Source: Candidatus Geothermincola primus
GTDB lineage: Bacteria; Actinomycetota; Geothermincolia; Geothermincolales; Geothermincolaceae
NCBI GenBank assembly: GCA_015711725.1
Contig: JACVIX010000003.1
Location: forward strand, 1 to 54,972
Direction of reading: 5' to 3'
Length of the DNA: 54,972 bases
The notes under the pieces are model-generated. The model did no database searches and had not been told where the DNA came from. It saw nothing but the letters and a program-made list of their open reading frames with translations. The translations under genes and the position numbers were made by a program. This document shows, piece by piece, positions 49,488 through 54,972 of this stretch; positions within the stretch are counted from its first letter, which is position 1; each line of letters starts with the position of its first letter.

Positions 49488-51346
49488 AAGGCTCATTAAG
49501 TAGCCCCAAAGATTTGAATGAATATAGAAAATCAATACAATCCACCAAAAAGAAGTTTGAAAAGGTTATATCGGTATGCGGAGGAACTGGGTGTCATGCG
49601 CAAAACTGCGTCCAGGTTCGCGAAGAGATAAGCCGCGAGTTAGATGAGAGATTGCTTTCGGATAAGGTGATGGTAAAATTCACGGGATGCCATGGTTTTT
49701 GCGAGATGGGTCCATTGGTGGTAATTCATCCTGCGGGCATCCTATATGTGAAGGTCAGCCCAAGTGACGCTCAGAGGATTATCGAATCAAGTGTGGTTGG
49801 CGATTCGGTAATTGACGAACTTCTTTATAAAGATGTTGCAACCGGAAAAAATTTTGAAAAAGAGCAAGATGTCCCCTTTTATTCAAAACAGAAACGCCTG
49901 CTTTTGGCCATGAATGGCATGATTGATCCTCAGAATATAGAGGATTACATAGCCCAAGAGGGTTATTCTGCGCTGGTGAAGGCGCTATTCGAAATGTCCC
50001 CGGAGGAGATTATTAAAGAAGTTGAGATCGCGGGCCTGCGTGGCCGTGGAGGAGCCGGATTTCCCACGGCAAACAAATGGAAAGCCTGCCGGAGAGCGAG
50101 GGCGCGAGACAATATTAAATATATCCTGTGCAACGCGGACGAAGGAGATCCTGGGGCCTATATGGATAGGTCCCTGCTTGAAGGCAACCCTCATGCGGTT
50201 ATCGAGGGGATGATTATTGGTGCTTATGCTATTGGGGCTACTGAGGGTTTTGTTTATGTGCGTCACGAGTATCCTCTCGCGGTAGAGAATTTATTGAAAG
50301 CCCTCGAACAAGCGCGTCAATTGGGCCTGCTCGGAGATAACATTTTAGGCTCCGGTTTCAGCTTCGATATCAAGGTGAGCGTGGGAGGGGGCGCCTTTGT
50401 CTGCGGAGAATCCACTGCTTTGATGGCCTCCATCGAGGGGCGCATCGGTGAGCCGCGGGTCAAGCACATCCACACCGCGGAAAAAGGTCTTTACAATCGG
50501 CCCACCAACCTAAATAACGTCGAAACCTGGGCCAATGTCCCTATCATCATCAGGGAGGGCGCTGAGGCTTATGCGCGCATCGGGACGGAGAAGAGCCGTG
50601 GCACCAAGATATTCTCTCTGGTGGGCAAGGTAAGGAACACAGGTTTGGTGGAAGTGCCTATGGGTATCACCTTGCGAGAGATAATCTTCGATATAGGTGG
50701 AGGCATGGCAAATGGAAAGGCTTTCAAAGCTGTTCAAACGGGAGGACCTTCAGGAGGATGCATACCTGAGAGCATGTTGGACACCCCAGTGGATTTCGAA
50801 CGCCTCACTGAGGTGGGATCCATGATGGGTTCAGGAGGAATGATCGTCATGGATGAATCCACCTGTATGGTGGATATCGCCCGCTATTTTGTGGATTTCC
50901 TCTGCGAGGAATCCTGCGGGAAATGCGTGCCTTGTCGTGAGGGCCTGAAGCAGATGCGTTTCATCCTTGACGATATCGTTTCCGGGAGAGCAACCGGCAA
51001 GCAACTGGAGCTGCTTAAAGAACTGGCAGAGGTGGTTAGGGATACTTCTTTGTGCGGGTTAGGCCAGACCGCGCCCAATCCCGTTCTCTCCACCATTAAA
51101 TACTTCGAGGATGAGTACCATGAACATATCGAGGAGAAGCGATGTCGTGCGGGAGTGTGTCGGGATCTAATCGAATACCAGATAGATGCGGATAAGTGCA
51201 CAGGCTGTCTTCGCTGCAAAGCGCAGTGTCCAGTAGGCGCGGTATTGGGAGAAAAGGAGAAACCGCATCATATAGACTTGTCAAAGTGCGAAAAGTGTGG
51301 CATCTGCTATGAAGTATGCGAGTTTGGCGCGGTCCTAAGGAAGTGA
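49484..51346 (+). CDS. NuoF/HydB-like FMN/NADH-binding subunit with extra FeS domains (bifurcating-type architecture)
   Basis: N-terminal CGGTGC...GCHGFC, GLRGRGGAGF, NADEGDPGAYMDR, FVCGESTAL, GGPSGG, ESCGKCVPCREG, SLCGLG, H....CRAGVC, C-terminal 2x[4Fe-4S]. Confidence 0.95.
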   Translation: MKGSLSSPKDLNEYRKSIQSTKKKFEKVISVCGGTGCHAQNCVQVREEISRELDERLLSDKVMVKFTGCHGFCEMGPLVVIHPAGILYVKVSPSDAQRIIESSVVGDSVIDELLYKDVATGKNFEKEQDVPFYSKQKRLLLAMNGMIDPQNIEDYIAQEGYSALVKALFEMSPEEIIKEVEIAGLRGRGGAGFPTANKWKACRRARARDNIKYILCNADEGDPGAYMDRSLLEGNPHAVIEGMIIGAYAIGATEGFVYVRHEYPLAVENLLKALEQARQLGLLGDNILGSGFSFDIKVSVGGGAFVCGESTALMASIEGRIGEPRVKHIHTAEKGLYNRPTNLNNVETWANVPIIIREGAEAYARIGTEKSRGTKIFSLVGKVRNTGLVEVPMGITLREIIFDIGGGMANGKAFKAVQTGGPSGGCIPESMLDTPVDFERLTEVGSMMGSGGMIVMDESTCMVDIARYFVDFLCEESCGKCVPCREGLKQMRFILDDIVSGRATGKQLELLKELAEVVRDTSLCGLGQTAPNPVLSTIKYFEDEYHEHIEEKRCRAGVCRDLIEYQIDADKCTGCLRCKAQCPVGAVLGEKEKPHHIDLSKCEKCGICYEVCEFGAVLRK

Positions 51347-51351
51347 TAGAC

Positions 51352-51978
51352 ATGGTTAACCTGATAATCGACGGACAGCACGTACAGGCGGAAGAGGGAT
51401 GGACGATTTTAGAAACCGCGCGTTATTACGGTATTGACACCATCCCGACCTTATGTTACCGGGAGGGGTTGACTACCGATAGTTCCTGCCGACTTTGCGT
51501 GGTAGAGATAATATCGCGAGGCCGCTCCCGTCTTTCAGCTTCCTGCTCTTACCCGGTGCAGGAGGGTATCGAGGTGCGAACCAATTCCCGCAGGGTAAGG
51601 CAGGCGAGAAAGATAATAATTGAACTTCTATTGGCTTCCTGCCCCAACTCCAAGACCTTGCAGTGCCTCGCTTCCCAGTACGGGATAAAAGAACTGCGTT
51701 TCAAGGTTGAAGACCGAGGCTGTATCCTATGCGGCCTATGCGTACGCATGTGCAAGGAACAGATGCAGGCGGGTGCCATAGGTTTTTTCAACCGAGGAGT
51801 CGATCGAAGGGTGGCTATGCCCTTTCACGTTCGCTCGGATGTCTGCAGGGAATGCGGGGCTTGCCTATATATATGTCCTGTCTGTGAGCTGCAATGTCGC
51901 GGCCCAAGAGAGCCAGGCGACCTTTGTAACGGATGTTTTGAGGCGATAAGAATAGATCCCTTTCCCTCTAGGGATTGA
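51352..51978 (+). CDS. NuoG-N/HydA-N-like FeS subunit ([2Fe-2S] + 2x[4Fe-4S]) without catalytic domain
   Basis: IPTLC...SCRLCVV...ASC, CILCGLCVRMC, CRECGACLYICP; only about 208 aa. Start re-set to ATG 51352. Confidence 0.9.
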   Translation: MVNLIIDGQHVQAEEGWTILETARYYGIDTIPTLCYREGLTTDSSCRLCVVEIISRGRSRLSASCSYPVQEGIEVRTNSRRVRQARKIIIELLLASCPNSKTLQCLASQYGIKELRFKVEDRGCILCGLCVRMCKEQMQAGAIGFFNRGVDRRVAMPFHVRSDVCRECGACLYICPVCELQCRGPREPGDLCNGCFEAIRIDPFPSRD

Positions 51979-51999
51979 AGAGAAGGAGGAATGTTGACC

Positions 52000-53580
52000 A
52001 TGACCATGACCAAGTACAACCGTTCGGCGGCGACCCTCTCTAAAAACCGTACCCCTGATTCCGTCAGCCCTTTTAGCGGGATGTGCGTCACCTGCGTTGA
52101 AGGATGCGTAGGCATGTGCGAGGTGGGCAAATCCGCTTACCGAGGACCCGAGGTGATCTACCCGCAGCCGTTTGGAATCATGACCGCTGCCTCTGAGAAG
52201 GATTACCCCATTGACTTCTCCCATTTTAGCATCATGGGAAGCGCGGTGGGCGCCTATGGGGTTCCCGCGGACAGCGAGCACGCGGTCTTCACAGCGGTGG
52301 ACCTAGAGACCACCATCGGTGATAAACACCCTATCAAATTGAAATTGCCCATCGTCATCCCTGGCTTGGGCTCCACCGACGTGGCGAAGCGTAACTGGGA
52401 TGGCTTGGCGGTGGGAGCGGCTATATCGGGCGTGCTCCTCACCATTGGGGAGAATGTGTGTGGCATGGATGACGAAGCGATTGTGGAAAACGGACGCGTG
52501 GTGAAGTCACCGGATATGGAGTACAGAATCAAGACCTATCGCGAATGGCAATTGGATGGCTACGGTGATATCGTGGTGCAATTCAATGTGGAGGACACCA
52601 ACCTAGGGGTTCCCGAGTACGTGCTCACCAGGCTGGGAGTGGAGACGGTGGAGCTGAAGTGGGGTCAGGGAGCGAAAGATATCGGTGGTGAGGTTAAGTT
52701 GAAGTCCATCGAAAAGGCCCGTTCTATGAAGAAGAAAGGATATATCGTCCTGCCCGATCCAGATGATCCCGAAACCGAAGAGATATTCCGCGTCGGAGGC
52801 GTGAAGGAATTCGAAAGACATTCCCGGATCGGCATGGTTACCGAGGAAGGTTTCGCGGAGAGCGTGAAGAACCTGAGGGAAATGGGCGCCAAGCGCGTTT
52901 TTCTGAAGACCGGCGCCTATCGCCCGGTGGACCTTGCCCGCGCGGTCAAGTACGCTTCAGACAATCGCATCGACATGCTCACCGTGGATGGTGCGGGCGG
53001 GGGCACGGGGATGAGCCCATGGCGAATGATGAACGAGTGGGGAATACCCACCGTGGAGTTATGTTCGTTGACGTATCAATATGTGGATTACTTGGCTAAG
53101 CAAGGACGTTACGTTCCCAGTGTCGTCTTCGCGGGGGGGTTCACGATGGAAGATCAGATGTTTAAGGGTTTTGCCCTGGGCGCTCCCTATGTCAAGGCTA
53201 TCGGCATGGCGCGCTCCTCTCTCTGCGCCGCCATGGTGGGCAAGACCATCGGAAATCTGATTGAGAAAGACGACCTGCCTGTTTATATCGAACGTTACGG
53301 AAACACCGCCGAGGAGATATTCTACGCTGGCGTGCACTTACGCGATGCCTATGGTAAGGACTTTGAGAGATTACATCCCGGAGCCATCGGCGTTTACACT
53401 TACTACCAGCGCCTCGCTCATGGGTTGCGCCAGCTCATGTGCGGAGCGCGCAAATTCGCCCTTTCTTATATCACCAGGGACGATATCGCCGCCCTGACCA
53501 GGGAAGCGGCGTCAGTATCCGGTATCCCCTATGTCACCGAGCTGGATAAGGAGGCGGCCTGGGAGATTCTTAAGGGCTGA
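52000..53580 (+). CDS. FMN-binding glutamate synthase family protein (stand-alone synthase domain)
   Basis: ELKWGQGAK..GGE, LK.G, VDGAGGGTG, FAGG, ALGA and GMAR FMN-barrel motifs; N-terminal CVTCVEGCVGMC. Start 51991 or 52000. Confidence 0.88.
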   Translation: MTMTKYNRSAATLSKNRTPDSVSPFSGMCVTCVEGCVGMCEVGKSAYRGPEVIYPQPFGIMTAASEKDYPIDFSHFSIMGSAVGAYGVPADSEHAVFTAVDLETTIGDKHPIKLKLPIVIPGLGSTDVAKRNWDGLAVGAAISGVLLTIGENVCGMDDEAIVENGRVVKSPDMEYRIKTYREWQLDGYGDIVVQFNVEDTNLGVPEYVLTRLGVETVELKWGQGAKDIGGEVKLKSIEKARSMKKKGYIVLPDPDDPETEEIFRVGGVKEFERHSRIGMVTEEGFAESVKNLREMGAKRVFLKTGAYRPVDLARAVKYASDNRIDMLTVDGAGGGTGMSPWRMMNEWGIPTVELCSLTYQYVDYLAKQGRYVPSVVFAGGFTMEDQMFKGFALGAPYVKAIGMARSSLCAAMVGKTIGNLIEKDDLPVYIERYGNTAEEIFYAGVHLRDAYGKDFERLHPGAIGVYTYYQRLAHGLRQLMCGARKFALSYITRDDIAALTREAASVSGIPYVTELDKEAAWEILKG

Positions 53581-53604
53581 AAGCCGAACTTTTCATAAAA
53601 GAGC

Positions 53605-53628
53605 AGGGACGAGCTTTGGCTCGTCCCT
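53605..53628 (+). terminator. Hairpin terminator at operon end
   Basis: agggacgagc-tttg-gctcgtccct perfect 10-bp stem 24 nt after the stop; U-tract imperfect. Confidence 0.7.
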
Positions 53629-53891
53629 CTATTCATCTTTGGGGAGTAACCTTGGGGATTCCCGGAATAGGAATATTTATATAATGTAATAATTATTGGG
53701 TTGAAATGGATTGGGAAGTGGGGGATGTGCATAAGATTAAGGAAAAGATAGGGAATTCGACTCCGAAAAAGGGGTTAGCGGAAACCGAGAAAGCAAGCAT
53801 TCTTTTCCGGGAAAATACCTATACGCTCACCAATTGAATAAAAAGGGAAGGGAATTTCATCCCCCTCCCTTTAATAACCACGCGATTTCGT

Positions 53892-54689
53892 CTATTGCAT
53901 GATCGCGGTGAGCGGGATGTAGGCGAGCGGGGTATATGAGTGATAGGTGGATCCGTAACGGTGCCAAATCCTGGTCAACACGGGATTCCCCAGCACGTCC
54001 TGCCATATCTGGTAGATATCGTTGAGGCTTGAGTATCTGCCCCAGCTCCACTCCTCCCTCATGCCGCTCACCGAAATATAAGCGGTGCTGGGATCGATAG
54101 CCGCGCCATTGGTGTCTATGGTGAAGATAATGTCCGCTTTGGTCCCCACAACGCTGGGATAACGATTCACCGTTCTCCAAAGGTAAGAGCTGTTGCTGCA
54201 GTCTTTGCCGTAGAGAATATAGGAGCGTCCCCCGCTATATAGAACGATCTGTAGCGGGATGTAATTCTGATAGTAGTTGGTGGGGGATATATAGTTGTTG
54301 TGGTAGATTCCCTCGTGGGACTTGTTGGTCCTGCAGTACTTCCATAGGGTGGTGTTGGTCTGCTGGTAGATGGGATAATCGTTGGACATCCACTCTATGG
54401 TTATGAAGAGATGAATGTAGTTGGCGCCACTCCAGTTGTCGCTGTAAAGTCCGGGATGTCGGTTATCTATGAGCACGCTCTCCCAGTCAACGTCCGCCGA
54501 GGGCTCCACTCGGGTAAAGGTATACTTGTAATCTCCCCAAACCACCTCGGGTTTCTTGGGAGTGGACACAGCGGTGGTGGTTCCAGGTTGGGGCGCCTCG
54601 CCCTGCTGGCTCTGGGATGCCCAAGTAAGCCCCAACAAAGCGCCGATCATGGAAATGGAGAGGAGAACGACGATTACCGGCCTTTTCAT
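53892..54689 (-). CDS. Hypothetical secreted protein (Tyr/Trp/Asn-rich)
   Basis: MKRP plus hydrophobic signal peptide, Q/P/T linker, aromatic-rich beta-like domain; RBS GGGGAG. Confidence 0.75.
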   Translation of the reverse strand: MKRPVIVVLLSISMIGALLGLTWASQSQQGEAPQPGTTTAVSTPKKPEVVWGDYKYTFTRVEPSADVDWESVLIDNRHPGLYSDNWSGANYIHLFITIEWMSNDYPIYQQTNTTLWKYCRTNKSHEGIYHNNYISPTNYYQNYIPLQIVLYSGGRSYILYGKDCSNSSYLWRTVNRYPSVVGTKADIIFTIDTNGAAIDPSTAYISVSGMREEWSWGRYSSLNDIYQIWQDVLGNPVLTRIWHRYGSTYHSYTPLAYIPLTAIMQ

Positions 54690-54972
54690 ATCATACTCCC
54701 CCTTACCTTTATAACTTGAAAAATTATCATACCATCAATTTTGTATATCGTCAATTATCTCGGATATCTTGACAGTCTTTAAAGCGTTATACAAGGTGAA
54801 AAAAGAGAACATAGTATATATTTCGATGAATGTTTATAGAATGTAAAAGTGGAAACGGATTGACATCTGGGAAAGTCAATGGCTCGACTGGCTACCGCTT
54901 GGTGAATGAAAACCCGCTTATTTGAGCATAATAATCGCTTGGGGTGGATCGATCCGCCGGCATTTCGTGGTC

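Noticed and set aside
49008-51978. Calling these genes respiratory complex I nuoEFG or an [FeFe]-hydrogenase
   Set aside because: No other nuo genes, the third subunit is only about 208 aa, and there are no H-cluster motifs.
574-54689. The many antisense/overlapping ORFs in the six-frame track
   Set aside because: They lie within well-supported genes on the other strand or frame and are expected shadows.

Overview
Chromosomal window from a probably anaerobic bacterium. The Tad locus lacks a secretin and the gene repertoire resembles uncultured anaerobic Actinomycetota, but taxonomy is inference only. Left to right it holds: a putative lipid/isoprenoid-modification cluster (truncated B12-binding radical SAM, phytoene-desaturase/HpnE-like FAD enzyme, SDR), a molybdopterin operon (moaA-moaC-MOSC-mogA), a PHP/DUF3604-like hydrolase, znuACB, a VOC/methylmalonyl-CoA epimerase, a CoA-disulfide reductase, a thiolase-like + DUF35 pair, an orphan pilB, cysteine synthase, a frameshifted divergent polysaccharide deacetylase, tRNA-Ala(CGC), priA, a minimal Tad/Flp operon ending in a short tail-less ssb, a STAS protein, a cysteine desulfurase, carAB, degV, an MFS transporter and plsY. 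The best candidate for an undescribed system is at 46982-53628. A GAF-ANTAR regulator precedes a sigma70-type promoter whose leader has a twin-hexaloop ANTAR target overlapping an intrinsic terminator. This leader precedes an operon encoding a HydC/HydB/HydA-N (electron-bifurcating-type) flavin/FeS module with no hydrogenase or formate dehydrogenase catalytic domain, followed by a stand-alone FMN glutamate-synthase-like protein. Intergenic DNA contains many exact local duplications (112 bp x2, 35 bp x4, a 37 bp copy of the cysM 3' end, and others). No CRISPR array, integrase or transposase was seen. All calls come from motif reading by eye; no database searches were run.
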